Shown here piece by piece: positions 9,733 through 20,302 of a stretch of DNA of 64,000 bases. Numbering within the stretch: the first letter of the stretch is position 1; the number at the start of each line of letters is the position of its first letter. The DNA lies in NCBI GenBank assembly GCA_963756875.1, contig CAVWPA010000003.1, positions 1,504,001 to 1,568,000 on the forward strand, given 5' to 3'. Under the pieces are notes generated by a model. The model was given only the letters and a program-made list of their open reading frames with translations. It was not told where the DNA came from and did no database searches. A program made the translations under genes and the position numbers. The stretch comes from an uncultured Verrucomicrobiae bacterium. GTDB lineage: Bacteria; Verrucomicrobiota; Verrucomicrobiia; Chthoniobacterales; UBA10450.

Positions 9733-12078
9733 GTGACGCCGACCCATATCGCTGTTGAACCCACGCCGGGAGTTGCACAACACACCAACCGGCTGGCGCA
9801 TGAAAAATCGCCTTACCTTCTCCAGCACGCGCACAACCCGGTCGATTGGTATCCGTGGGGCGAAGAAGCATTCGCCAAGGCACGCCGCGAAAACAAACCG
9901 ATTTTTCTCTCGATCGGTTACTCGACCTGTCACTGGTGTCATGTCATGGAGCACGAGTCGTTCGAGAACAAAGAGACGGCCGCGATCATGAATCACGATT
10001 TCGTGAACATCAAAGTCGATCGCGAAGAACGGCCCGATGTCGATCGTGTTTACATGACCTTCGTCCAGGCGACCACCGGCGGCGGGGGCTGGCCGATGAG
10101 CGTTTGGTTGACTCCGGATCTCAAACCGTTTGTCGGCGGCACTTATTTTCCTCCGGAAGACCGTTACGGTCAGCCGGCTTTCAGGAAGGTTCTGGAACGA
10201 ATCGCCGCGGCGTGGAAGCAGGACCACGAAAACATTATCGACCAAAGTTCCAAGATCCTTTCGGCACTGCGCGAATCACAGACCTCACAAACCGCCGCCG
10301 GCGGGGAGATCGATGCCCGCGTTTTGCAAGGCGCTTATGAGCAGTTTAACCATTCGTTCGATCCAAAAGAAGGCGGCTTTGGTACCGCGCCAAAGTTCCC
10401 GAGACCTGTCGCGCTCAACTTTCTGACACGATTCTACGCGCGTACTCGTATTGTAGGGCAAGCGCACCGCTTGCCGGACCAGGGTGACCCGGGCTCAGCA
10501 GGCCAGAGCAACCACGCGCTGGAGATGGATCTGTTCACGCTGCGCAAAATGGCCACGGGCGGAATTCACGATCATATCGGCGGCGGATTTCACCGTTACT
10601 CCGTCGATCGTTACTGGCACGTGCCGCATTTCGAAAAGATGCTTTACGATCAGGCGCAGCTCGCAGTCGCGTACCTCGACGCGTTTCAGATCGCACAAGA
10701 TCGACAATACGCGGATGTTGCCCGTGACATTCTCGATTACGTCTCGCGCGATATGACCGCGAAAGACGGCGGATTCTTCTCTGCCGAAGACGCAGATAGC
10801 GTTGTACCTGTAGCGGCCCCGAAAGCGTTCGGGGTCGCATCAGACCCCAAAGTCAGCGACGCTCATCCGCCTTCGCCTGGCTACGGCGCGACTGGTAGAG
10901 CGCCGCTACAGAAGAAGGCCGAAGGCGCCTTCTACGTCTGGACCGAAAAGGAAATCGACAACGCCCTGGGCGCCGACGCTGAGATCTTCAAGTTTCACTA
11001 CGGCGTGCAACCAAACGGCAACGCGCCGGAAGGCAGCGATCCGCAGGATGAATTTCGCGGCAAGAATATCCTGATCGAGCGGCATACGATCGCCGAGACG
11101 GCCGGACATTTTAAAAAGAGCGAAGATGAAGTTCGACAACTGCTCGCGCGCAGCGGCGAAAAGTTATTGGAGATTCGCAACAAGCGTCCGCGCCCCCATC
11201 TCGACGACAAAATCATCGCAGCCTGGAACGGCTTGATGATTTCGGCTTATGCCCGGGCGGCACAAGTTTTGGGCAATGACAGTGGCGCGGGCTTCCAGGC
11301 CGTAAATTCAGGATCTGATACGCGCTACCTGGATAGCGCGACGCGCGCAGCCCGATTTCTTCGGGCAAATCTGTATGATGAGAAAAACAAAGTTCTTTAT
11401 CGCAGTTATCGCGATGGGCGCGGCGACGTCCAAGGTTTCGCCGACGACTACGCGTTCGTCATCCAGGGGCTTCTCGATCTTTACGAAGCTTCCTTCGATG
11501 TGGAATGGCTGAAATTTGCAGTGGAGCTTCAGGAAACGCAGGACCGTTTGTTTTTCGACGAAAAAAACGGCGGTTATTTCACTACGAGCGGAAAAGATTC
11601 GAGCGTCCTGTTACGGATGAAAGACGACAACGACAGCGCCGAGCCGGCCGCAAGCTCGGTCGCCGCGCTGAATCTTTTGCGATTGGCGCAGATTCGTAAC
11701 GATAAGGAAATGGAAGATCGCGCGAAGAAAACGATCGACGCATTCAGCGCAACGTTTTCACATTTCGCGAGCGCCATGCCGCAAATGCTGGTTGCCTTGG
11801 ATTATTAGTTAAGCAAACCGCGCCAGATCGTGATTGCGGGAAAACCTGACGCGCCAGAAACGAAGGCCCTCGTCGCCGGGGTCTACCGGCATTTTCTTCC
11901 GAACACAATTTTACTGTTGGCCGATGGCGGCGCCGGTCAAAAATATCTCGGCGAAAAGAACGAAGCGATCCGCGCGATGTCGCCGATCGACGGCAAACCC
12001 GCCGCTTATGTCTGTGAAAATTTCACCTGCAAAGCCCCGGTGACAGACCCGAAAGCGCTCGCGGCATTGCTGCCATAA
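9733..12078 (+). CDS. YyaL/DUF255 thioredoxin-domain protein, interrupted by an in-frame TAG at 11806-11808
   Basis: [42 protein letters not shown]-terminus AYVCENFTC continues in the same frame after the TAG. Confidence 0.88.
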
Positions 12079-12380
12079 GGTGGATCGTGCGCTCTCTCTG
12101 CGCCGTCGGCTCTACGCAGCCAGAGGCCGGCGCCCGGTGCTAAAACAAAGAGCGGGAAACCGGCGGCTTCCCCTACAGGAAGGAAGACGGCAAGCGATGC
12201 GCTCGCCCTACAGCGGTAGACCTGTCGGAGAAAACCTTAGTTGTCTTCGTTATCTTGTGTTCGAATTGCTTCTCTTTCGCGCCCATTGGCGCCTGCCGCG
12301 CCGTAGCCAAGCAGGGGCGAGTGTTTAGCGGATAAATTGTCTTCGGCTCGACGGAGTCTCGCCCCACCAGCCGAGACGGG

Positions 12381-12419
12381 CTAAGCCCCTTCGACGACGA
12401 TCATGTTCGTTTTGGCGGC
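12381..12419 (-). pseudogene. 3' remnant of a third DUF1330 copy
   Basis: Translates AAKTNMIVVEGA*, matching the ends of the two adjacent paralogs. Confidence 0.65.
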
Positions 12420-12481
12420 CCACCTACGCCAAGGCTACGGCGGGCAAGTAGCGGCGGTGCCATCAGCCGTCTGCGCTGTCA

Positions 12482-12769
12482 TTACACGCCATCAACAACA
12501 ATCATCCGCGTTTTGGCAGCCTGATGGCGCATTTTGCGCGGCTCGCGATATTCTTCGCTGTTGAGCCATTCCTTGGCGCGTTGCATTGACTCGAACTGAA
12601 GCACCACGATCCGCTTCGGCTTCCAATCGCCTTCCATTACTTCCGTTTTACCGCCGCGCACAACGTATTTGCCGCCGTACTTCTCAACGGTCGCCCCGGC
12701 GAGCTTTTTGTACTCTTCGTATCCGACAGGGTCTGTGATTTCAATTTCGACGATGAGGTATGCGGCCAT
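12482..12769 (-). CDS. DUF1330 family protein
   Basis: YGGKYVVRGG...EGDW.P.RIVV..F.S...A.EW.NS.EY. Confidence 0.9.
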   Translation of the reverse strand: MAAYLIVEIEITDPVGYEEYKKLAGATVEKYGGKYVVRGGKTEVMEGDWKPKRIVVLQFESMQRAKEWLNSEEYREPRKMRHQAAKTRMIVVDGV

Positions 12770-12835
12770 CGTCGAAAGTAAAAAGCAGAAATTGGAAACT
12801 AGAAAGGGAAAACTCAGCGACTGGCGGAGACGTGG

Positions 12836-13123
12836 CTACAACCCCTCGACGAGGATCATATTTGTTTTGGCGGCACACTGGCGCATTTTGCGCGGCTCGC
12901 GGTATTCATCGCAATTGAGCCATTCTTCGGCGCGCTTCATCGATGGGAATTCGATTACGACAATGCGTCTCGGGTTCCAATCGCCCTCCAGTATTTTGAG
13001 CGCGCCAGCGGCCACGATGTATTTGCCGCCGTATTTCTCGATAATTGGAACAACGCGCTTCTTGTATTCCTCGAAACCGGCGGGATCGGTGATTTCGATA
13101 TCGACGATCAAATACGCAGGCAT
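12836..13123 (-). CDS. DUF1330 family protein (tandem paralog)
   Basis: Same motifs and same length (95 aa) as its neighbour. Confidence 0.9.
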   Translation of the reverse strand: MPAYLIVDIEITDPAGFEEYKKRVVPIIEKYGGKYIVAAGALKILEGDWNPRRIVVIEFPSMKRAEEWLNCDEYREPRKMRQCAAKTNMILVEGL

Positions 13124-13237
13124 TTTTAGAGTGCGGATTGGGGAGTGCGGATTGCGGATTGAAGAGCTAAATCGCTAAATAGTTAAATCGTTAGACGGTG
13201 GTTGTGGTCAGTAGTCCCGTGGTCAGTGGTCTTGTCG

Positions 13238-13966
13238 TCAGTGGTCGTTGTGGCCGCTGTCTTTGGCGGCGAGCTCGGGGATTTTTTTGCGGCGCCGGAG
13301 ACGGAGCCAGTTGTTCCAGGTTTTGCGCAGGCTGTCGCGTGGAGTGAGATACTTCTGGTTCAATTCGTTGCTCTTTAGAATCTGGGCGAGGACGCCTTTC
13401 ACCGACAGATCGTCCGTATTCAAGATTGTATAGGCGGTGCCGACGGCGGCGGCATGGTGTGCGTCGCTACCGGCGACCATGGGCAGGCCGCGAATCTGGG
13501 CATATTTGAACGCGTACCGGTTGTAACGCCGCAAAGTGGTCGCGGCATTGAACACTTCGATGGCATCGACCGGTAGCGTTTCCAGCACAGCAAACCGGAT
13601 TCCCGCCCGGAACAAATCATAGGGATGCGGTGGAATGGCGAGCCCGCCGCGCTCATGAATCATGTCGCACACTTCACGGGCCGGTTTCCCTTTCAAATAT
13701 GGAAGCTCCGCGCCGATGCAAAGCAGATGGCCATCGGCGGTGGTGACCTCGACACCTGGCACGACCAAAAAATCATCAACCGGCTGCCCGTCGGGACGCA
13801 TCAGGCCTTTCTCGAGCAAATAGGTCACCGCGTCGCAAGTGTTATGGTCGGTGATGGCGATGCCATTCAGTCCTTTGGCACGCGCGGCCGCGATCAACTC
13901 TTCCGGGCTCGATACGCCATCCCCGGAAAAAAAGGTATGCGTGTGCAGATCGAAGTTGAGCGGCAT
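13238..13966 (-). CDS. PHP-domain phosphoesterase
   Basis: DLHTHT, AITDHN, GSDAH; start moved to MPLNFDLH. Confidence 0.88.
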   Translation of the reverse strand: MPLNFDLHTHTFFSGDGVSSPEELIAAARAKGLNGIAITDHNTCDAVTYLLEKGLMRPDGQPVDDFLVVPGVEVTTADGHLLCIGAELPYLKGKPAREVCDMIHERGGLAIPPHPYDLFRAGIRFAVLETLPVDAIEVFNAATTLRRYNRYAFKYAQIRGLPMVAGSDAHHAAAVGTAYTILNTDDLSVKGVLAQILKSNELNQKYLTPRDSLRKTWNNWLRLRRRKKIPELAAKDSGHNDH

Positions 13967-13996
13967 CCTGAGTAGAACGTAAGTTGAAGCCAGCAA

Positions 13997-14584
13997 ATGG
14001 AAAGGGTCGGTTTCAAAGAGTGGGCGATTGTCTGCGAAGCGCTGGGGCGCGGGCGGCAAAGCATCATTCTGCGCAAGGGAGGCATCGCCGAAGGACGAGA
14101 GGGATTTAGCTTTCGTTACCACGAATTTTTTCTGTTCCCCACCTGGTTTCACGAGCAACCGCAAAAGGTGCGCGGTGCGGAAATCATCGGCGAGACGCCG
14201 ATGCCACAGGAGAAGATCGAAATCAGGTTCGCGGCGAAACTCGATCTTTGCCGCACGATCACTTCCTGGCCAATCGCGCAAGCGCTGGAGCCTGTGCATA
14301 TTTTAAAACCCGAAGTGGTCCGTGAGCGGTTCGAATACGATCAGGCGCCGGGTTTGCACGTCGCGTTGGTCCGAATTTCCCGGGTTGTCCCGGCGTGGAC
14401 GTTTCCTAACGAGAAGAGATACGGCGGCTGCCGGTCCTGGGTGAATTTGCCGAATATGCCGGCGGGTTTGCGCTTTGAGCCGGTGTTGAGTGACGAAGAG
14501 CATGTAAAACGCTGCGACGCGTTCCTGAAGATCGTGGGAGACGAACCGGCGGCGATTGCGTGTCCTGCCGCGCCGAAATTGTAG
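13997..14584 (+). CDS. DUF1802 family protein
   Basis: FKEWAIVCEALG.G.Q.IILRKGGI.E, YGGCRSWV. Confidence 0.88.
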   Translation: MERVGFKEWAIVCEALGRGRQSIILRKGGIAEGREGFSFRYHEFFLFPTWFHEQPQKVRGAEIIGETPMPQEKIEIRFAAKLDLCRTITSWPIAQALEPVHILKPEVVRERFEYDQAPGLHVALVRISRVVPAWTFPNEKRYGGCRSWVNLPNMPAGLRFEPVLSDEEHVKRCDAFLKIVGDEPAAIACPAAPKL

Positions 14585-14814
14585 GGCGTTTGATTCGCTT
14601 TTTCCCAAAAAGCTCGCCCTGTCGGGCCTTCCCGTCTATGTCGCTCGCGTCCCTGCGGCTCCATTCTGCGAAACGCCGATTCTGCATCAGATGGCGTCTG
14701 ACACAGACGCCCTACAGGTGGAAACGCATCGTGCGCGAGCCAATGTAACGATGTAACCCCGAATGCGTTCGGGCTGTCCGATGGCGAGCCCCTTTTAACG
14801 AGTCACGTCCGACA

Positions 14815-16701
14815 TCAAACCAGCTCTTCTTCGAGAATATCCGGCTCGGCTGCTGTCTCCGATGACGGCTCAAGCGCGCGATTGAATTGCAGATCGTAAA
14901 GGCGCCGGTAATGACCCGATTTCTCGAGCAACTCGGCGTGCGTGCCGACCTCTTTGATTTGGCCCTGGTCCATGACTACGATCTGGTCAGCTGACAAAAC
15001 CGTTGAAAGCCGGTGGGCAATGGCGATGACTGTTCGCCCGGCCGCCAGTTTTTCGAGCGCCATTTGAATTTGTTTCTCCGATTCGGAATCGAGCGAGGAG
15101 GTCGCCTCGTCCAGCAGCAGGATAGGCGCGTTCCTCAGGAGTGCGCGTGCGATTGCGAGTCGCTGCTGCTGGCCGCCGGAGAGCAAACAGCCCTTGTCGC
15201 CGATTACGGTTTTGTAGCCGAGGGGCTGCGCCATGATGAAGTCGTGCGCGTAGGCGGTTTTCGCCGCGGCGTAAACCTCCTCCGGCGACGCATCCGGCCG
15301 GCCAAACTGGATGTTCCTGAAAATTGTGTCGTGAAATAGAAATGTTTCCTGGGTAACCAGACCGATCTGCGCGCGCAACGATTCCTGGGTGACCTTGCGC
15401 AAATCCTGGCCATCGATTTTCACCGCGCCCGCCGTCGGATCGTACAGTCGCAGGATCAGCGACAGGATGGTGCTTTTGCCTGCGCCGCTCGGTCCGACCA
15501 GTGCGTAGTTTTTTCCGGGTTCGATGCGCAGGTTTAAATCGCGCACGGCATCGGCGACGGCCCTGGAGTACCGGAACGTCACGTTCTCGAAATCGAGCCG
15601 GCCCTCGGATGAAGGAAGCGCAGTCGCGTCGGGCGCGTCCTGGACGCTCGGAACTGAATCGAGAATCGAGAAAATTTCAGTAGTGGCCGCCAAAGAACGC
15701 TGCATCAACACATGGATCTTGCTGAGTTTCTTGATCGGATCGTAAAGAATAAAGAACCCCACGATCAGGCCGAGAAACTTGGCCGCGCTCTGGTTGGCAA
15801 AGTAAACGTACAACAGCGTTAGTCCGACACCAAGAGAGGCAATGATCTCTACCAGCGGTCCAGTGGCTTCCGTTGCCTTGGTGGTGCGCATTGCGTTAGA
15901 GAACTGCAAATGGCTCCCGCGCTCGAACGATTTCTCCTGATGTTTCTCGCGGCCGAAAGATTTGATCACCCGGATGCCTGCGAACGTTTCCTGCATGGTG
16001 GCGGACATTTGTCCCATGGCCCTCTGGCCTTGTCGCACAGAGGTGCGCGCACGTCTTCCATAGAATTGGATCGGGATCAGGCAAATCGGGAAGAGCACCA
16101 GCGTTACGAGTGTGAATCTCCAGTCCATCAAGAAAAGGACCGCGATTGCGCCGACGGCCGTGACCGGCTGTTTGAACAGGTCGCTGCTCACCGTGGTCAG
16201 CGCGCCCTGCACACTTCGCGTGTCGTTGCTAACGCGCGACATCAGAAATCCGGAACGCATCCGGTTAAAGAAATCCATCGATTGGCGGACGATCTTCCTG
16301 AACAGCTGGTTACGAATGTCCATCACCACGCGGTTGCTCACCCACGTCATGAAGTACGTGTTGGCGTAATCGCAGAAGCCTCGCGCAATCATTACCACGG
16401 GGATGGCGAGGCAGATCACCGCGATCGAATTAATCTTCGGCCCAAGAGTCAGCAGTTCCCGGTGTGCAACGAGCGCCCGCGGATTCGGCGCCGCGCCATG
16501 AAAGATAACGCTCGAGACTTTTGCTACCACCAGCGGGATCAGAGAGCTGACGCCGCCGAACGCAATACCGAAGCCCAAGCCGAGAGCAAAGCGCCACCGG
16601 TACGGTTTGACGTAGCTGTAAATCCGCTTGTACGGACCCCAGACGCTCCGTATGGTTTCAAGAAATGAAGGCTTCGCCTTCTCGGCTTCTGTTTCGCTCA
16701 T
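14815..16701 (-). CDS. MsbA-like lipid ABC exporter
   Basis: TMD plus NBD (GPSGAGKST, LSGGQQQR, LLLDEATS); in an operon with LPS glycosyltransferases. Confidence 0.9.
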   Translation of the reverse strand: MSETEAEKAKPSFLETIRSVWGPYKRIYSYVKPYRWRFALGLGFGIAFGGVSSLIPLVVAKVSSVIFHGAAPNPRALVAHRELLTLGPKINSIAVICLAIPVVMIARGFCDYANTYFMTWVSNRVVMDIRNQLFRKIVRQSMDFFNRMRSGFLMSRVSNDTRSVQGALTTVSSDLFKQPVTAVGAIAVLFLMDWRFTLVTLVLFPICLIPIQFYGRRARTSVRQGQRAMGQMSATMQETFAGIRVIKSFGREKHQEKSFERGSHLQFSNAMRTTKATEATGPLVEIIASLGVGLTLLYVYFANQSAAKFLGLIVGFFILYDPIKKLSKIHVLMQRSLAATTEIFSILDSVPSVQDAPDATALPSSEGRLDFENVTFRYSRAVADAVRDLNLRIEPGKNYALVGPSGAGKSTILSLILRLYDPTAGAVKIDGQDLRKVTQESLRAQIGLVTQETFLFHDTIFRNIQFGRPDASPEEVYAAAKTAYAHDFIMAQPLGYKTVIGDKGCLLSGGQQQRLAIARALLRNAPILLLDEATSSLDSESEKQIQMALEKLAAGRTVIAIAHRLSTVLSADQIVVMDQGQIKEVGTHAELLEKSGHYRRLYDLQFNRALEPSSETAAEPDILEEELV

Positions 16702-17762
16702 GAGCCTTGTGCTACCGGGAACGACAGCAGCCCATTCATAGCATCGATCACCGCCTGCGTCGAGATCTGCTTCATCGGTATCCGTGGCTGTTTTGGAATA
16801 AACTCCGTGACCGGCGATGTAGATGCCCCTTGTAAAATCAACGCCGGACTCTCCCGTGGCCGCCAATGAAACGGGTTGGTTGGCCCGAACAGAATTACCT
16901 GAGGCGTCCGAGTAGCCGCCGCAAGGTGCACTGGCGCGGAATCGACCGTCACCAATAATCGCGCCTCGCCGATCAACGCCGCCAGGGTCAGCAAGTCGGT
17001 CTTGCCGGAAAGATCGACAACCGGTTGCCGCACCTTGGATTTGATCTCGGCAAGGTGCGCCTGCTCGAACCGACCGGTCCCGCCGGTCAGAATCACGTCG
17101 AGTCCCTGATTCTTTTGTGTGTGTTCGATCGCTTCCGCCCAACGCTGCGGTTCCCAGAATTTCTCCGTGCGCGCGGAGCCCGGATGAAAAACGGCAAATG
17201 AATCGCCGATGCGGCGTTCCTTGCGCAATGCATTTGCCTTCTGGCGCGCGTCCGCGGGCACGTTCAACCGGATCGCGCGCGAGGCGTCGTGAATGTCGAG
17301 CGGCTGAAGCAACGCCAGATTATAATCGACCGTGTGCATGTCGCGCAGCCGAGCGACAACGAATTCGTTGTAGAACAAGCGCCGAATCTTTGACAGCGAC
17401 TTGATCCGCCGCGCGACAATTCGCCTTGGTGCGCGCGACAAAAGCGTGAGAAATGCCGAGCGATCGTTCCTGGTGAAATCGATGCAGTAATCGAACTTTG
17501 CTCGCGCGACGGCGAGGCAGGCCGCAAAATCAAGGAGACCGCGTTGCATCACGATCGCGCGGTTCACATCGGTTAGGGCCGGAAGCAACTCCGCTGGCCC
17601 GCGAGCAACGACGAGAGTGAGGTTCGCGTCGGGAAATTTTGACCGCAACGCCGCGATTGCCGGCGTGGTCAGCATCAGGTCGCCAATGCGTTTAAGTTGG
17701 AGAAGAAGAATGTTCACCTGTAGCGGCCGCGAAAGCGTTCGGGGTCGTATTGATTCAATCAT
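16698..17762 (-). CDS. GT9 LPS heptosyltransferase-family protein
   Basis: LKRIGDLMLTTP, HPGS...KFW, DSAPVHLAAA; start at ATG 17762 (ATGA overlap) or GTG 17717. Confidence 0.88.
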   Translation of the reverse strand: MIESIRPRTLSRPLQVNILLLQLKRIGDLMLTTPAIAALRSKFPDANLTLVVARGPAELLPALTDVNRAIVMQRGLLDFAACLAVARAKFDYCIDFTRNDRSAFLTLLSRAPRRIVARRIKSLSKIRRLFYNEFVVARLRDMHTVDYNLALLQPLDIHDASRAIRLNVPADARQKANALRKERRIGDSFAVFHPGSARTEKFWEPQRWAEAIEHTQKNQGLDVILTGGTGRFEQAHLAEIKSKVRQPVVDLSGKTDLLTLAALIGEARLLVTVDSAPVHLAAATRTPQVILFGPTNPFHWRPRESPALILQGASTSPVTEFIPKQPRIPMKQISTQAVIDAMNGLLSFPVAQGS

Positions 17763-19033
17763 CGCGCCATTTGCATCGCGATCTCGTAAGCTTGGAGCAA
17801 GCGCGCACGGCAATGGTCCCATGTAAAGTTCTCGACGACGCGTTTGCGTGCCGCCGCGGCCATTTGATCGACCACTTCAGGGTGTTTGTAGAGGCGCAAA
17901 ATCCCAGCCATTACCGCCTCCACGTCTCCCGGCGGTACAATAATTCCTTCGACGCCGTCATTGACCACATCGCCGGATTCGCGCGTTGTGATGATCGGCA
18001 AACCACACGCGGCGGCTTCGTTAACGGTCTTGGCATTCCCTTCCAACCGCGACGGAAAAACGTAAATCGTCCCCTGGTTGAGATATTTTTCAATGTCCCG
18101 CCTGAATCCGAACAGCTTAATATTTTCACGCCAGAATTTCTTGAGATGCGGCTTCGCCTCGTCGTGCACCGTGCCGATCAACCAGAGTTCCGCGTCTTTT
18201 AGATCGAGCCGGTGCCAGGCCTCGAGCACAACATGAATCCCTTTGCGCTCGATCAACGCGCCCGAGAAGATGGCGCGAAAAATCGACGGGCGCACGCCCG
18301 GCTTGAACCGGCTTACATCCACTCCGTTTGGGAGATAGAAAAGCTTTTGCTCCGCGAACCCTTGAGACCGAAACGATTCGGCCGCCTTATGTGAAAAAAC
18401 GAGCAGCAAATCCGCGAGTTCGTATTCCTCAAGGTACCGCGCTTTTTCGGGCAACAGACTGGACTTCCATTTTGCAAACCAGGACGAGCTGGCGGCTGCG
18501 GCCGGCTTGGTCGATTGCGCGCCTTTTCGCGTTCCACCCTCCCGGTGCCAGGTTGGGATCTCAAGAAGGGAAGGGATCTTCAGTTTTTTCGTTACGCGCA
18601 ATGACAACAGCGAATCGCCGGACCAGCCGTGAAACAGATCGTATCGGCCGGTCGCCAGCTGTCGCGATGCAACCCAATCGACATACTTCTTTTTCGCCCC
18701 GTAATAGTAAGGGCGATCGAGAAATGAAATCAGGCGGACCGGGTGCCAGCGTAACGATTGAACCAACGAGGCCGGAATCTCCGACTGTTGATCAGCGTAA
18801 CCAATCACCCTGCCTAAAAATCCGCCCCGATACGCAGCCAGACATTTCTCGAGCGCCTCGACGTCCAGCCCGGTCCCGCCGATGCGCGCTGACGTCGAGT
18901 AAAGCAGGCTTTTAGGAAGCCGGCGCGGGGCTGCGGCGGATTGCATGGACGCTGGGCTTGTCGCCGCAACCGGGCCCACCTGCTGCGCCGCAGCGCCCGG
19001 AGCCCCAGGCGAAGATTGGGAGAGATCTCTCAT
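17759..19033 (-). CDS. GT4 glycosyltransferase
   Basis: PNGVD, RKG, FPSRLEG..K...EAAACGLP; exact start uncertain. Confidence 0.85.
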   Translation of the reverse strand: MRDLSQSSPGAPGAAAQQVGPVAATSPASMQSAAAPRRLPKSLLYSTSARIGGTGLDVEALEKCLAAYRGGFLGRVIGYADQQSEIPASLVQSLRWHPVRLISFLDRPYYYGAKKKYVDWVASRQLATGRYDLFHGWSGDSLLSLRVTKKLKIPSLLEIPTWHREGGTRKGAQSTKPAAAASSSWFAKWKSSLLPEKARYLEEYELADLLLVFSHKAAESFRSQGFAEQKLFYLPNGVDVSRFKPGVRPSIFRAIFSGALIERKGIHVVLEAWHRLDLKDAELWLIGTVHDEAKPHLKKFWRENIKLFGFRRDIEKYLNQGTIYVFPSRLEGNAKTVNEAAACGLPIITTRESGDVVNDGVEGIIVPPGDVEAVMAGILRLYKHPEVVDQMAAAARKRVVENFTWDHCRARLLQAYEIAMQMAR

Positions 19034-19096
19034 TAATTATAAACAGCAAGAGATTCCTCGACTTCGCCCGGAATGACAAGTTTGGTACCGTCTTCG

Positions 19097-20209
19097 ATGC
19101 CCAAGGAGAAACTCATCGTCGGCCTGGCCCGGCGCGGCTATTCGCCCAGCGGCGGCGCGGAAGCGTATTTGAAGCGGCTTGGACGCGGGCTTGCCGATCT
19201 GGGCCACGAAGCGCGGCTTTTCACGACGAACGATTGGCCGTCGGAAGAATGGCCATTCGGCGAAGTCACGCGATTGAGCGCGCGATCTGCGGCCGGCTTT
19301 GCCGACGAAATGGAGAAACGGCGAGGGCAGGGCCGTTGCGACGTGTTGATGAGTCTGGAGCGCATTTGGCGATGCGATGTTTACCGGGCCGGCGACGGTG
19401 TTCATCGTGCATGGCTGGATCGGCGCCGGAAATTTGAAACGCCGGCGCAACGGTTCGCTCACGGGTTCAATCGCAAACACAAAGAACTCCTGCGGTTGGA
19501 GCAATACCTGCTCGGCGAGCGCGGCGCTGAACGCGTGATTGCCAATTCGAAGATGGTGAAGGACGAAATTTTCGATCTCTACAATTATCTGCCGGACAGG
19601 ATCGACATCGTGCGAAACGGGATCCCGCTCGACCGTTTTCGCTTTGATTCGGCTCTGCGCGAAAAATCACGCGCCGATTTGGGACTTCAGAGCAATGAAA
19701 TCGTGGCGCTCTTTGCTGGATCGGGCTGGGAGCGCAAGGGACTTCGTTACGCCATCAAAGCGATCGAAGCGTGCGCCAGACCCGGGATGCGATTGCTCGT
19801 TGCCGGCCGTGGCCCGGCGCGCCAGTTCAAATCCGCGCGCACTCGTTTTCTCGGCGAGGTTGTCGATCTTTTGCCGATCTACGCGGCGGCGGATATTTTT
19901 ATTTTGCCGAGCATATACGATCCGTTTTCTAACGCTTGCCTGGAAGCGCTCGCTTGCGGACTGCCCGTGGTCACGACGCGCGCCAACGGTTTCAGCGAGA
20001 TTATCGAGGACCGGATTCACGGCTCGATTGTTGATACAGCCGATAATGTCACGGAGTTACGCAATGGTTTGGAACTTTGGTCCGACCCCGTCCGGCGAAC
20101 AGCAGCAAGGCCAACGATTTTGAAGCGCGCGTCGGAATTCGACATCTCAAAGAACGTCGAGAAAACGCTCGGGATCCTTCTTGAAGTGGCCGCCAGTCAT
20201 CCATCGTAA
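19097..20209 (+). CDS. GT4 glycosyltransferase (WaaG/RfaG-like)
   Basis: GGAE, YRAGDGVH, GSGWERKG, LPSIYDPFSNACLEA. Confidence 0.88.
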   Translation: MPKEKLIVGLARRGYSPSGGAEAYLKRLGRGLADLGHEARLFTTNDWPSEEWPFGEVTRLSARSAAGFADEMEKRRGQGRCDVLMSLERIWRCDVYRAGDGVHRAWLDRRRKFETPAQRFAHGFNRKHKELLRLEQYLLGERGAERVIANSKMVKDEIFDLYNYLPDRIDIVRNGIPLDRFRFDSALREKSRADLGLQSNEIVALFAGSGWERKGLRYAIKAIEACARPGMRLLVAGRGPARQFKSARTRFLGEVVDLLPIYAAADIFILPSIYDPFSNACLEALACGLPVVTTRANGFSEIIEDRIHGSIVDTADNVTELRNGLELWSDPVRRTAARPTILKRASEFDISKNVEKTLGILLEVAASHPS

Positions 20210-20302
20210 GCCGCTTACGATAGATCGCTGCTGCGAACGCATGCGCGCGTGGCTATGTGCTTTCCTAAATGGCGCGTGGGAGCGCCGTCGCCGTCCTTCG
20301 GA

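Noticed and set aside
11806..11808. Pyrrolysine or programmed readthrough in yyaL
   Set aside because: No pyl genes in the window, TAG is used as a normal stop elsewhere, and it is a single instance.
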